A stretch of DNA of 64,000 nucleotides from Octopus vulgaris (lineage: Eukaryota), in assembly GCA_951406725.2 (NCBI GenBank), contig OX597833.1:38316001-38380000 (forward strand), given 5' to 3'. The position numbers and the translations under genes were made by a program. The notes beneath the pieces are model-generated. The model had not been told where the DNA came from. It saw only the letters and a list, made by a program, of their open reading frames with translations, and did no database searches. Positions 1 to 12,586 of the stretch are shown piece by piece (positions within the stretch are counted from its first letter, which is position 1; every line of letters begins with the position of its first letter).

Positions 1-1009
1 ATTGAAGATTCAAGTACACTCCTCAATCACAAAGCTAATTTTTATTCACTGCAACAAACCTCTCTCTCTTTCTCTCTTTATATTTAATGGTTTTCATTAA
101 ATTATTCATATTCACTGTAACAATATGTCCCCCTCTCTCTTCAATTGTTTCCATTAAAAGAAAAGCTTTTCTTTAAGATACCTTAAGAATATCTGTGGAA
201 ATTTTTACAATATCTAATGTATTAAAATTACATAGAAGTATTATTTCATTCTGGACAGTTGTGTTAACCATAGTCCTTTGAAAATGAAACCCTTGAATTA
301 TTGTCTTTGTTTAAACTGACTTTGTGTTCTTTTCTTTCTTTTTTGCCGCATTCCACCTTTCAGTCTTTGTCTCTTCTCTGTCTCACAAACTTCATTTGTA
401 ACCTTTGCCTTGTCATTTCACTTAATTCTTTATTTCCCAGCACAGTTGTTACTTTCACTCTGTTCTCTCTCTCTCTTTCTTCAAAACAAGTGGTTTCAAA
501 GATTTTCTTTGAGATACTTTGAGAACATTTCAGAAAATGTTTACACTATATCTATCATATCAAAATTGCTTTGCAGATATCATTTGATATTTGCAAAAAT
601 AAAGAAAAGATTGTGTGTGTATATTGGGAGAAATGCAAACACGACAAATTCCTGTAAAAAACTGCCGTGAGGGCAGTTTTCTGAATATTAAGTACTTATT
701 TTTCTTGACTATTTATTTAGTACTTATTAAAACTGCTGTCCAGCTGATAGAATTTCATTCTCCATGTCTTCCTGCTTAAGGTTGTTTTGTGTCTTATAGT
801 CAATTTAGCTCTGATTTTGAAGTTGCTGATCACATAAATGTGTAGAGTGGTTCATTTTTCATCATGAAATATCTTAATATTAGAGACCAGTAACATATGC
901 CATTTCAAGGTAATACAAAATATATCTGGCTTGTCTGTTCAACTTATTGGTAGGTAATCAGATGCCTGGCAAATGGTTAGGTATGTTTCTGTGTGTATTT
1001 ATGAATGGA

Positions 1010-1054
1010 TATTGTGTACATGTATATATACATGTGTGTGTGTTTGTATGTGTG

Positions 1055-1101
<47 letters not shown>

Positions 1102-1230
1102 ACAAGTGTGTATGTATATATATGTGTGTGTGTGTGTACAAGTGTGTATGTATGTATGTATGTATATATATATGTGTGTGTGTGTGTGTACAAGTGTGTA
1201 TGTATATATATATATGTGTGTGTGTTTGTG
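1010..1230. repeat. Compound (TA)n/(TG)n microsatellite
   Basis: Seen directly. Similar tracts at ~2470-2745, 6810-7070, 18440-18575, 48056-48119, 59105-59450 and 59740-59993. Confidence 0.95.
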
Positions 1231-1242
1231 CAGCTCCTCAGC

Positions 1243-1575
1243 TTAAGTCAAACCATCCAACCCATGCCAGCAAGGACAACAGACATTAAATGATGATGAT
1301 ATATATATATATATATATATATCCATGTCGAGGACATGTAAAAAGCACCAACTGATTGTGGCCGTTTGCCAGCCTCCTCTGGCCCCTGTGCTGGTGACAC
1401 GTAAAAAGCACCCACTACGATCATCAAGTGGTTGGCATTAGGAAGGGCATCCAGCTGTAGAAACACTTCCAGATCAGATTGGAGTCTGGTGCAGCCTCTT
1501 GGCTCCCAAGACCCCAGTCGAACCGTCCAACCCATGCTAGCATGGAAAACGGACATTAAACGATGATGATGATGA
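1243..1575 (+). mobile_element. RTE-LINE 3' UTR/tail-type repeat
   Basis: GGCACGTAAAAAGCACC-like units, AGGAAGGGCATCCAGCTGTAGAAAC, CCAACCCATGCTAGCATGGAAAACGGAC and an (ATG)n tail. Many copies in the window. Confidence 0.75.
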
Positions 1576-1607
1576 TATATATATATATATATATATATGG
1601 CAGAATT

Positions 1608-2187
1608 TTTTTTGAAAATGCACCTGAATTTGAAAAGCTTGTAATTGTTTTTAAATAAATTTATTTACACATATACCAAACCAGTTACAACAAAATTTTA
1701 CTTATCAATGGTATAAACATATATAAAACAATGGGATTTTTAAAATTGCGAATTAGAAAACCAGTTTAAATGATAAATTATTCACAAAATTCAATGACAG
1801 GGGTAGATAATACCATAAATGATTGGTGAAGAATATGAAAAATGTAGATTATTAAAAGTTCGGTATTATTGAGTTTAGAGAGAGAAATAAGAAAAGAAGA
1901 GAGTAAAAAAACAGGGTTTTTTTTTTCTTACAGTTTGTGTGTGATTGTTTTTTCCGATGTCTACAGGGCTTGGAAAATTTTGTGACCAGGGGCTTGAATT
2001 TTGTAAACATTTTATCATTTAAACATGTTTTCTACTTCACAATTAAAAAATTTTTAAATCTCATTGTTTTATATACATTTATACCATTGATTAACAAAAG
2101 ATTGTTGAAAATAGTTTGGTATGTATGTAAATAAATTTATTTAAAAAGAATGAAAATATTTTGAAATTCAGATGAACTTTCAAAAAC
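1608..2187. repeat. Degenerate inverted repeat (arms ~1608-1750 and ~2040-2187), possibly Penelope-like
   Basis: AATAAATTTATTTACACATATACCAAAC and TCAATGGTATAAACATATATAAAACAATG recur as reverse complements at 2064-2140. Confidence 0.65.
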
Positions 2188-2620
2188 AAATTCGCCTATA
2201 TTTTTTTCTTTCAAGGAAATACACCCCTTCTTTCCATATATCCATACATCTATCTGTCTGTCTGTTTGTCTATCTACATACATACACAGACACACACACA
2301 CACATGTATGTTTATGTGTGTATGCATATATCATCATCATATGTCTGTTTATGCTTCCTTGGGTTTCATGGTTTGACAAAATGTGAGGAGCTGCAAGGCT
2401 AAGTCATGCTCCAGTGTCAGCTATGCCTTCATTTCTACAGCTAGCTGCCCTTCATGATGCCAGCTTACATGTATATATATATATATATACATATATATGT
2501 GGACACGTTTGTGTGTTGGTTATCTATACACAGATATATGTCTGTATATGTATATATATAGATATCCATCTATATGGTATGTATATATGTGTGTGTGTGT
2601 GTATATATATGTCTAGATAG

Positions 2621-2665
<45 letters not shown>

Positions 2666-2746
2666 TGTATATCTGTATATCCAAGTATGTATGTGTTTCT
2701 GTGTCTATGTGTATGTATGTAAATATATATATATATGTATGTATGA

Positions 2747-3276
2747 CTAGCAGGAGTACCCAGTGTTGCTTGGGTATTAAATACTTTGCAATGGTCTTAA
2801 TAGGTTCTACCATTTTTTGTTTTGTACATCTCAGTGAATATTGTTTGCGTTAAGTTGCAAAAATTGACATTGAGGAAGAAGTGATTTTTCCCATAGACCA
2901 TAAATAAAGTAGTAACAACAGGATGAAAAGCCTGAGGCGGCACATTTTTTACCACTAACTGCATTCCGTTGCACAGACATAGTGACTCCAGGTTCCTCAA
3001 CAGCATGAATGGAGCTCCAATTTTGAGGTGCAATTGATGAGGTGGTAGTCTGGAGGAGTCCAAGGAATTGAGGAATTCTGTGGGAAAATTAACGGCGTCT
3101 TCTTGGTCCACAAGAGTGTCCACAGACTTGTAGGTGTGAAGGTTTCCAGAAGGGCTTTGCAGTAGGTCTTTATTGAGTTTCGCAACAAATGTGTTTTTGG
3201 GAGCTAATATGGCTCTTTTGCACAGCCAATTCAGGTTTTGATAGTTTATGTGCAGATCAGGAAAAACAGCAGTCAT
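2747..3276 (-). mobile_element. Helitron remnant of a different family: PIF1 helicase fragment + 3' terminus
   Basis: ORF 2797-3276 (WLCKRAILAPKN, FPTEFLNSL, LKIGAPFMLLRNL, LCNGMQLVVK) aligns by eye to the helicase of the large element. CTAG at 2747-2750 with hairpin TACCCA...TGGGTA at ~2757-2776. Confidence 0.88.
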
Positions 3277-3307
3277 ATATGTGTATATATATGTATCTTT
3301 ATATATA

Positions 3308-3965
3308 TCATCATCATCGTTTAACGTCCGCTTTCCATGCTAGCATGAGTTGGACAATTTGACTGAGGACTGGCAAACCAGATGGCTGCACCAGGCTCCA
3401 ATCTTGATCTGACAGAGTTTCTACAACTTGATGCCCTTCCTAACGCCAACCACTCTGAGAGTGTAGTGGATGCTTTTACGTGCCACTGGCACGAGGGCCA
3501 GTCAGGCGGTACATGCAACAGCCACACTCAAATGGTGTTTTTTTATGTGCCACCTGCACAGGAGCCAGTCCAGCGGCACTAGCAACAACCTTGCTTGAAT
3601 GTTTTTCACGTGCCACCAGCACAAGTGCTAGTTTGGTGACACAAGTGCTAGTATGGTGACACAAGTGCTAGTTTGATCAGGCTCGAATGGTGCTTTTTAC
3701 CTGCCACTGACACTGAAGCCAGTTAGCTGCTCTGGCAATGATCACACTCAGATGGTGCTCTTAGCACTCCTCTAGCATGGATGCCACTCATCGAATTTGA
3801 TTTCAATTTCGATTTTACTTGCCTCTACAGGTCTTCGCAAGCAGAGTTTAGTATCCAATGAAGGAAAGGTACGCATAAGTGGGCTGGTTACACCCCTGGC
3901 ATAGGCCACAAGGTTATGGTCTCATTTGGCTTGCTGGGTCTTCTGAAGCACAGCATATTTCCGGA
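3308..3965 (-). mobile_element. RTE-clade LINE 3' end (ORF end, 3' UTR, (ATG)n tail)
   Basis: The minus strand reads KYAVLQKTQQAK* at ~3960-3920, then a UTR collinear with 59995-60455, and ends in an (ATG)n tail at ~3308-3320. Confidence 0.75.
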
Positions 3966-3989
3966 TACGTCCAGCCTTTAGGACAGCCC

Positions 3990-4795
3990 TGAAAGAAAAG
4001 AAAGATGGACGATGGTCACGTGTGAGCAATGAGAAACGAGAAAGATGGCTACTTATAAATGCCAAAACTTTCCCAGCTGAAGAATGCACCCCTCAACATA
4101 GAATAGTAGTTAGTGACTTCAGGATCAGGGCTAAATCGATGCCCAGAAGACAACCAGCATAGAGAAGGGTCTGAAAGCTTTAGGATCCTGCAAGTGGATA
4201 TCACTCAATGCTTATGATGAAACAGAGGGGCATATAGCATCACTTGCTGTGGAAGACAACTGGAGGTTTATACAGGACAACCTGTTGAGGGCTACTGACC
4301 AGATCTGTGGATGGTGCAAAGTCTCTTCTTGACACAGGGTAATGTGGTGGTGGAACAGTGTTGTTGACAGGTCCATTAGGGAAAAGAAACAGATATGGAA
4401 GGACTTGAAGAACAGTGGTAGCTGGGTATTGTATCAGATTGCCAGAAGGGAAGCTAGGAGACAGGTTTACTTAGCCAGAGGGGAAGCAGATACAAAAAAT
4501 TTGCCCATGTTCTGCGTCATGAGAACCAAAGACTTGAAGTGTTTTGTGTTGCAGGACAGTGTGAGAGAGAGAATTGTGATGTCATAGAGACATGTGTCCG
4601 AATGGATGATGGTTCGCTTGCATTTAATGAGGCTGCAAGGTGAGATACTTGGAAATGCCACCATGAAAGGTTGCTAAATGAAGTGAATGAATGGGAGAAA
4701 GAGAGTCTGCCAAATGTCAACCCAATGGAGGGATCAGCTATTTGAATTGACAGTACCTTGGTAGATAAAGCAATTAAGGGTATGAAGACAGGGAT
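3990..4795 (+). pseudogene. RTE-clade LINE ORF fragment (end of APE endonuclease to start of RT), degenerate
   Basis: NAKTFPAEECTPQHRIVVSDFR, WWWNSVVDRSIREKKQIWK and AIKGMKTG, with stops and frameshifts. Same family as 54020-54655. Confidence 0.8.
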
Positions 4796-5573
4796 TATAT
4801 CAATATGTGATCAAGGGATATTAAAAAAATTGCAAGCAAAAATCAAACTTTTGGAGTTGAGAAGCAGCAAAACTGGAATTTCCCAGAAGAAATCAGAGTG
4901 CAGAACAGCCAATCAAGTGCCTTCAAGATCTTTATGATACTTGTAAAAAGAAGGAGAAACTTCAGCTTCGATTTAGTTGATCTAACAAAATGTATTAATT
5001 CTTTGTTATGTTTAAAAATTTGCTAACATTTAGCACCCTTTTTCTTATACAGTTATTTAAAATTGCAATGAAACCTATAAAGTTAAGGATATGTATTGTT
5101 ATTAATTTTGTATGTTATCAAATGCTTATAGATGCTTCTGTCTTAAAACAGCCTAGTTTTGAACTTCTGCATAGAGCAAAAAAATGTATAAATGCACCTT
5201 TGTTTCACATGTCGCTTGCATTTACAAGGATTAAGGCAGCGGAAATACTGAATCTAGTGATTATAGTTTGAAAAGCCCATAACTCCAAAACTACTTCAAC
5301 TAGAAAGCTGAAATTTTAGATATACTATTTCTGAATTTCATTGAGTCAGCACACCAAGTTTGGTAAAAACTTGAGCAGGCATAAAGAAATAATCCCCCAC
5401 TCCCCCATCTAGAATTTTGTATGATTTAGGTCGAAATTGGTGATTGATTTCTTAAGTTGGAGGTGATGTTTTTTTTCAAATAAAGCAAAATAAATGTTAG
5501 TTTCCTGACTTTTATGAAATTACTCATCAATTTACAGTATAGGGTTATTAGGTTGTGAAAATGTCAATCCTAA
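4796..5573 (+). mobile_element. Possible DNA-transposon 3' remnant (hAT-like transposase C-terminus)
   Basis: 4891-4980 reads NQSAEQPIKCLQDLYDTCKKKEKLQLRFS*, resembling the N-x-x-AER-x-IK C-terminal motif of hAT-like transposases. Weak evidence and approximate boundaries. Confidence 0.3.
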
Positions 5574-5904
5574 TGTATGTATGTGTATATATATATATAT
5601 ATATATATCGTTTTTAGAAAAAACATAAATCCAGAGAAGTTCACTCTAAGAAGTAAAGCAGTCTATATTTTTTCCTGGTGAAGGCCAGTTCATGGTTTAC
5701 CTTGGGTTTTCTGTTCATAATGGGTTTAACTTTATGGCGTATTGTCAGACCTGAAGACCTGTTTGCCTACGACCTCTTTAAAATATGGAGGGGAAATGTC
5801 TTCACTCTGTCAGAAATTTGCAAATGACATGCTGTACTGCTTGGCACTTGTATTGGGAGCTCTGATGCAAACATTTCAGGGTGTTTTGGTATCAATTTGA
5901 GGAT

Positions 5905-6175
5905 GTGTACTGAGAGTGATAAAAATCAAACATTCATTCAGTATGTTGGTCTTTGGGATGATCACTAGTGATGGTGACTTTATGCCTCCCTTCATCTTCC
6001 CACAGCCTAAATATGATAGCCTTCATCAAATGCCTGGAGTTAGTCAGGAGGGTGGCTGCTGGAAGATTCTATGTCTGGCAACAGGACTTTGCACCATGCT
6101 ACACAAGCAAGAGAACCCAGTCATGGCTGTCAGACAATTTCTGCAACTACATCACCCCTAACATCTGGCCACATG
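5905..6175 (+). pseudogene. IS630-Tc1-mariner transposase catalytic-domain fragment
   Basis: MLVFGMITSDGDFMPPFIFP, then after a frameshift YVWQQDFAPCYTSKRTQSWLSDNF...NIWP (QQDxAPxH motif). Confidence 0.8.
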
Positions 6176-6464
6176 TGTATTGTTTATATATATATACACA
6201 CACACACACTCACATGCACTTGCATATATACATGTATATATGTATGTGAGCTCATATATATATATATTTCATGTATGCTTATTTGCTACACTTTTTTTGG
6301 CTCTCCATTTTGTTTTTGTTCCCTTTAGTCTTTTTGGGTGAAGACCATAGGCTCTAAATGTCAAAGACTGTTCCTCTCTTTGCAAGCATCAAACTAATAC
6401 ACCTGATTGTTGTTCCCTCACCTGTCTTCATCTTTTGTTTTCTGTCAATTTGAACAGTAAATAC

Positions 6465-6512
<48 letters not shown>

Positions 6513-6922
6513 GTTTGTTTATGTATTTATATATGTGCGTATATGTATGTATGTGTATATATATATATTATCATCATCATTTAATGTCTGCTTTCCATGC
6601 TGGTATGGGTTAGCCGGTTTGACTGAAAACTGGTAAGCCTGAGAGCTGCACCAGGTTCCAGTCTGATTTGGTGTGGTTTCTTTGGGTGGATGCCCTTCAT
6701 AATGTGAACCATTCTGAGAGTGTAATGGGTGCTATTTACGTTCCACTGGTACAAGTGCCATTTACATGACACCAGCAATGGCCACAATTGCAATTATGAT
6801 TTAGCTATATGTATGTATATTTATATCTATAAATATATATGTATGTCTATGTATTTATGTATATATTTGGATATATGTGTATGTATGCATATATCTGTAT
6901 TATATGTGTGTGTACTTACATG

Positions 6923-6976
<54 letters not shown>

Positions 6977-7075
6977 GTACTCCAACATGGCCACAGCCTT
7001 AGGGCTGAATCATCTAAAAGAATACACTCACACACAAACACACACACACATATATGTATGTACATACATAAATTT

Positions 7076-8560
7076 GTAGGTAATTATGCTGATAAACAAG
7101 TTAGATACATGAAATGTATTAAATGTAATAGTTTGGTTATGAAATACAAAATATGTCTATATGTGTACATGGAAACGAGAGAAAGTAAAAGGTTGAAACT
7201 TTGAGATCATGAATTTTTAGGTGTATAGGTCCAACTTACAAAGTACAAATGACAGAGAAAATTAAAGAGGTGGAAGAAAGGTATTATAAGTCCAACAGCT
7301 GTTTCTGGGGACTCGGAGATCCATAATAATATTAGTAGATGTAATATTGAGATCTGAAATATAAGACTTTCTCTACCCTTCATGACAGAGATATGTCTTA
7401 TCCAATGTTAAATGCATCCAGATTTGATCAATAAGTGTCTGGATTGTTGCCATAGTAACTGCTTCTCAAAGATTGACCTTGGACTCTGCTGTGCATGCAC
7501 ACTAAGTTTTAATGATCTAACCCACTTACGCTGTTTACAGCAGTTCTTGGAAGGAAGTTGTGTAGCATGTGATTGTCGCATTGACCATGACATAGAAAGT
7601 TGTCATGGCAATACCTGCTCAGAGGCCTACGCTAAGTTGCAGAAAGTGTACGGAGAGGAGTGTATGAGTGGTTCAGACGTTTCTAAGATGGCTGCAAAAA
7701 TGTCAATATTGACGAACGTTCTTGGAGACCCCAACCAGCAGAACTGAGAAAAACATTGCAGTTGTGTGTACAGCTGTGAGGGGAAACCATTGAATCATCA
7801 TCCGTGAGCTATCAGAGGATGTGTAGATTAGTAAATGTTTCGGTTCAGTTCATTATCACTGAAGATTTGGGCATGAGATGCATATCTGCCAAGTTTGTGC
7901 CAAATCTGCTTTCAGCTGGTGAAAAAAAACAAAAAACACTCAGGTTTCAGTTGCACAAGATCTCCTTGGTTGTGTTGAGAACTATGAAAAATGTTTGACA
8001 ATTTTGTGTAGGCTTCTGAGCAGGTATCGTCAAGCAGATTGGTGCAGATTCTCTGCTCAACTCTGTCATGGCCAATGTGATGATCTCATGTTATACACCT
8101 TTCTTCAAAGCACTGCTGTAAACAGTGGAAGTGAGTTAGAAAATTAAAACCTGATGCACATACACAGCAGAGTTCATGGTCAATCTGTGCCAAGTGGCTT
8201 CACTCTGCACACTTTAGCTTTGTTACTATGGCAGCAGTCCAGATACTTATTGATCAGATCATGTACAACTGCATATTGTAGTGAACTACATCTATGAATA
8301 TTATTATGGATCTCAAAGACCCCAGAAACTGCTGTTGGACTTGCAACAGCTTTTTTCAACCCCTTTGATTTTTTATGTTGTTTGTATTCTATGTAAGTTG
8401 GACCTTTTAATATAAATATCTATATTTGAAAGTCTCCACCTTTAGCCTTCTCTCGTTTTGCATCTATACATATAGTCATATTTTGTATTTCATACCCAAA
8501 CTATTATATTTAATATATTTAATGTATTTAGTTTGTTTATCCGCATAATTGCTTCTATAC
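7076..8560. repeat. Outer inverted repeat (~7076-7345 vs ~8285-8560) flanking the mariner, Penelope-like
   Basis: AAGTCCAACAGCTGTTTCTGGGG...GAGATCCATAATAATATT and ATGAAATACAAAATATG appear as reverse complements on the right. GAAAC(A/T)GCTG is reminiscent of Penelope LTR motifs (family call is inference). Confidence 0.7.
7417..8265 (+). mobile_element. Mariner deletion derivative with long terminal inverted repeats
   Basis: TIR TGATCAATAAGTGTCTGGATTGTTGCCATAGTAAC (7425-7459) has its reverse complement at 8222-8256, and inverted similarity extends ~175 bp inward. Internal transposase N-terminus: CSEAYAKLQKVYGEECMS and EDLGMRCISAKFVPNLLS. Confidence 0.85.
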
Positions 8561-10031
8561 CTGCTGAACTTGATTCCTCTTATAACCATTCTTTACCTTG
8601 TGCACTCGAACCCCTGTAAAGACATCGGACTCTAAGTTTGAATCCTTTGAGCACTACTATGTACCTTCTATACGGAGAATGTATGGATCTCATCTGTGGG
8701 CTACACACACACACATAAATGTATATATATGCATGTTGTATTATACTTGTTCAATAAAAATCATTTTCTTTGAAAACAGGTAAGTGTTATGAATAGGAAT
8801 ATTAAGGGACTGTAAATGCCCTACTTACATGTTACTAATAATGCTTTCCTATATGTAGAGTTACCCATATATTTTGGGAAGAGGATATTTGTCTTCGTCT
8901 TTGATATTTTGGAACTTGGTTTTATATTTCAAATACATGAAGAGTTTATGATACCTTTGATACCAGTTTTGGTTTGCTAACTGAACTTAATTATTTCTTG
9001 GGTAACAATTCTCATTGCTTTGATATATCAGAATAGCTGCTCTACTTCACAATAGGTCGGCTTTGATTGAATTGAGTTGAGATGATTACATTTGTTCCAG
9101 CCTAGCCCTTGTCTTTTGTTCAGGCATGATATATAATCTTATACTACAATAACTGATGCATCCTTCCCTTCTAAGACTATAAGGTCTAGTTTTAGAGAGA
9201 TTTAGCTGTAGCCTCTTGAATTTTGAGTAACTCTGTGGAGGTTCCTATTATTCAGCAAAGCATTAACCTGACTCTCTGTTAGTTATGTAACTCTAAGAAA
9301 TACCACATTAATATGCTATATGTTCAATACCACTTGTATTGTTGTTTTGTTGTGCATCAGTGCGATAGATTGAAATACTTTGCTGCTGATCATTTGTGTG
9401 TGTATGTTTGTATACTTATTTACATATGCACAAACAACTGTTATATGACACCAGTATTGATAAAAAGTAAATTGTCCCGTTCATTGGTTGCCATTGCTTC
9501 ATACGGGTCGTATAATTTGACATTTTTCAGCATTTCTCTTTAAATTGTGGTTGGAAATGGGCAGCTAAACTAGATATTCCTGTTTGTATGTTTGGTTCTT
9601 TATTGTGTTTGTGCTGTTTTTAAGTGCATACGTTTAATTTTGTGTTCTGGAATTAGAGTAAAACTGTCCCTGCTCCCCACCCCCAGAGATAAGCAGAAAA
9701 AAAATGTGGAAAAAGAACTCCAGTATTTGAATGAAATTCTGTGAAATATATTGAAAGTCAGCTTATGTTGAGTGGTTGGTCTCATGATACTTGCTACACT
9801 CTTCTTTGTTTTGTTGTGTTATATACTTACATATGAACATATATATAGGTTAATGTTTGTTTTTATATTTAGTCGTAATATATAAAAAATTTTACATTAG
9901 TCTGAGAGGGTTACTCTATATTTTTGTAGTGTACAAGTTTGTTCTTATACAAGAATATTGTTGACAATGATTTTGAAGTTTTAGCCATATGACAATGGTT
10001 CAAATGGTCAAAACTTCAAAGTTACTTTTAA

Positions 10032-10710
10032 CAGAGTCCGCAAAAAAAAAAAATGTATACACACTTCAGGAAAGGAAAAATCTGTATAGATATTTAACTT
10101 GTGTAAGTACCCCTATCATATTGTGATAGTGAATTAAAATATTTATACAGATTTTTCTTTTCCTGAAGTGTGTACTGAAAATCCTCGAGTATAATCCGCA
10201 TTTTTTCCCCAAAATTTAAAGGTCAAAATCCCTAGTGCTTACTATATACGAGGTTAAAAATGAAAATTATTTTCTAAGCAATGTCCAAATCTCTATTTGC
10301 TGTCCGGCAATGTTTATTCAGACGCATTTTGTGATGTTGGGCGTGAAAATACCTTAAGCTAAGCCTGAAAGCAATGAAGTCATAAAAGAATCATCCATAA
10401 CTTGCTGTAATCAAAATTTATTAAACGTTATTACTGTTATTTCTCTATTTTCTGCAAACAAAATGCACATAAAAGCTACACATTTGCATTATGTTATACA
10501 TACAATAATAATAAAGGACGTTACTGTATACATTTTTACAAACCAAGGACTTTATATAGGCCTCCTTGACTCAAGTTGGAGAAGGGGTGCGTATTATACA
10601 CAAAGTTTAGGTTTTTCAGAGGTACAGCCCCCTAAAAATCCTCTGTATATTATACTCAAGGGCAGACTATACTCAAGGATTTACAGTATACTTTTTTTTT
10701 ACAGACTTTG
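10032..10710. mobile_element. Small TIR MITE whose right TIR is split by the 10175-10686 insertion
   Basis: Left CAGAGTCCGC(A)nTGTATACACACTTCAGG. Right CCTGAAGTGTGTA|insert|TAC(T)nACAGACTTTG. Confidence 0.8.
10175..10686. mobile_element. Tc1/mariner-superfamily (pogo/Tc2-like) non-autonomous element, TA TSD
   Basis: Left end CTGAAAATCCTCGAGTATAATCCGC. Right end reverse complement CTGTAAATCCTTGAGTATAGTCTGC. TA on both sides. Confidence 0.85.
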
Positions 10711-11469
10711 TGTGTGTGTCTGTGTATATAATGTACATATATACTTAAATACTGAGAGAAGAGTGCATATAATCCAAGAGTGTATATGTGTGTGTATATT
10801 CTTGTGTGTCCCCATGCATTTGTATGTCCTCTTGCTTTGACATGTAATACTTGTAAATAAGCATCATGATCATTGAAGGTATTGTTTGTTTTCAATCTTC
10901 TATGAAGCCTGTCTACTCAAGGGGAAATATTACCTTGCTTGGAAATGAGGGGTTGGCAATAGGAAGGGCACACAGCCATAGAAAATCTGTCTTACCCATA
11001 CAAGCATAGAAAAGTGGACCTTGAAATAAAAATAATCTACCTATGTGTTTATTTATATATATTTCTGTGTATGTGTGTACATAATTTATGTACATGTGTG
11101 TAATTCTTCACATATGCATGTAAAGCGGCATGCTGTCAGAAACATTTATCCATGTTCAGAATTGTTGATGTGTGAAATAAACAACCCTCACCTGTTGTTA
11201 GCCGTCAGGACACTGCATCCTTCAAAAATTCAATGCTTCCCAAAATTCGATAACATTACTCCTGACATGCTTACACATTATTTCCTCTTCGTGGCTCTTT
11301 TACTGTTTACTTATCTTTCTTTTTTGTTGTACTGTGCCTGAATTTTTGACTCTTGTTGCTGTTTTTCTTTATTTGACTTATTACTGCTTTTTGTCCTTCA
11401 TTCCTATTCTTTTTTCCAACTGATTGTTGTGTACCTGATTACTGCATACCACGAGCTCATTATTATGAA

Positions 11470-11662
11470 GGTGGTGAGCTGGCAGACTCGTTAGTGCGCT
11501 ATTTCACCTGTCACTATGTCCTGAGTTCAAATTCCACCAAGGTTGACTTTGCCTTTCAGCCTTCTGGGGTTAGTAAAATAAGTACCAGTTGAACACTGAA
11601 ATCGATGTAATTGACTCATCCCCCTTACCCAAAATTGCTGCCCTTGTGACAAAATTTGAAAC
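11470..11662 (+). mobile_element. tRNA-derived SINE family B (GGTGAGCTGGCAG head, (ATT)n tail)
   Basis: B-box-like GAGTTCAAATTCC and core GACTTTGCCTTTCA...AAGTACCAG. Other copies at ~17360-17510(-), 17715-17920(-), 19474-19685, 19704-19895, 30455-30585, 45500-45740(-) and 45950-46195(-). Confidence 0.75.
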
Positions 11663-12349
11663 TATTATTATTATTGTCAGAAGGTGCAGGCATAACTGTG
11701 TAGTTAAAAAATGTGCTTTCCAACCACATGGATGTAGGTTCAGCCCTATTGTACATCACCTTGGGAAAGTGTCTTCCACTATAGTCCTGGGTTGACCAAG
11801 GCAGATTTGGTTGATGGAAACTGAAAGAAGCCCATCTTGTGTGTGTTTGTGTCTCTTTGTCTTAATGTGTGATAGTTGTGACTATTGCTGTCATAATGTG
11901 GTATCATCTGTTTCCATTGTTCTGTGCAAACATGTCTGGTGAAAGGGAAATATTACCTTACATGAAAGCAGACAAGGTTTTTGGTGACAGGAAGGGCATG
12001 CAGCAGTAGAAAACCTACTTCAGTGAATTCCATCTGACCCATGTAAATATAAAAAAGTGTACTCTGATAATGATGTGTGTATGTGATCCTTTCAACATTC
12101 ACTTTTCTATGTTTGCAAGGATAAGATGGATTTCATTGAGGCAGAATTTTTGCAGGTAGACACCCTTTCTGTTGCCAAGCCCCACTTATTTCCAAGTAAG
12201 ATAATATTCCTCATAATCAAGCACTTTTTCATGGAACATTGGAAATGAACAACATCGCTTGTAAGACACTGATGATTGTTTACAACAATTGTGTATTGTC
12301 AAGACTAGGGAACACACACATTTGTATGTGTATATCTACCTATACATAC

Positions 12350-12395
<46 letters not shown>

Positions 12396-12553
12396 GAAAT
12401 TATATGTACAAGTAGATGTACTTGATATAATAAAGTATTTCCTGAGGTTCTGTTAGAATGAGTATCTATTGTGGGCTCCAAACAACCATAATAGTGCAAC
12501 ATGTAGAAACTTCGATATAAACTGTGTTTATCCTTATTTCTCTTATATATCTG

Positions 12554-12586
<33 letters not shown>

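Noticed and set aside
947-1293. Many ORFs rich in Y/I/C/V/H/T (also 6729-7204, 18300-18643, 48555-48951, 59026-59961, 60809-61762)
   Set aside because: Translations of (TA)n/(TG)n/(CA)n microsatellites that lack stop codons; not genes.
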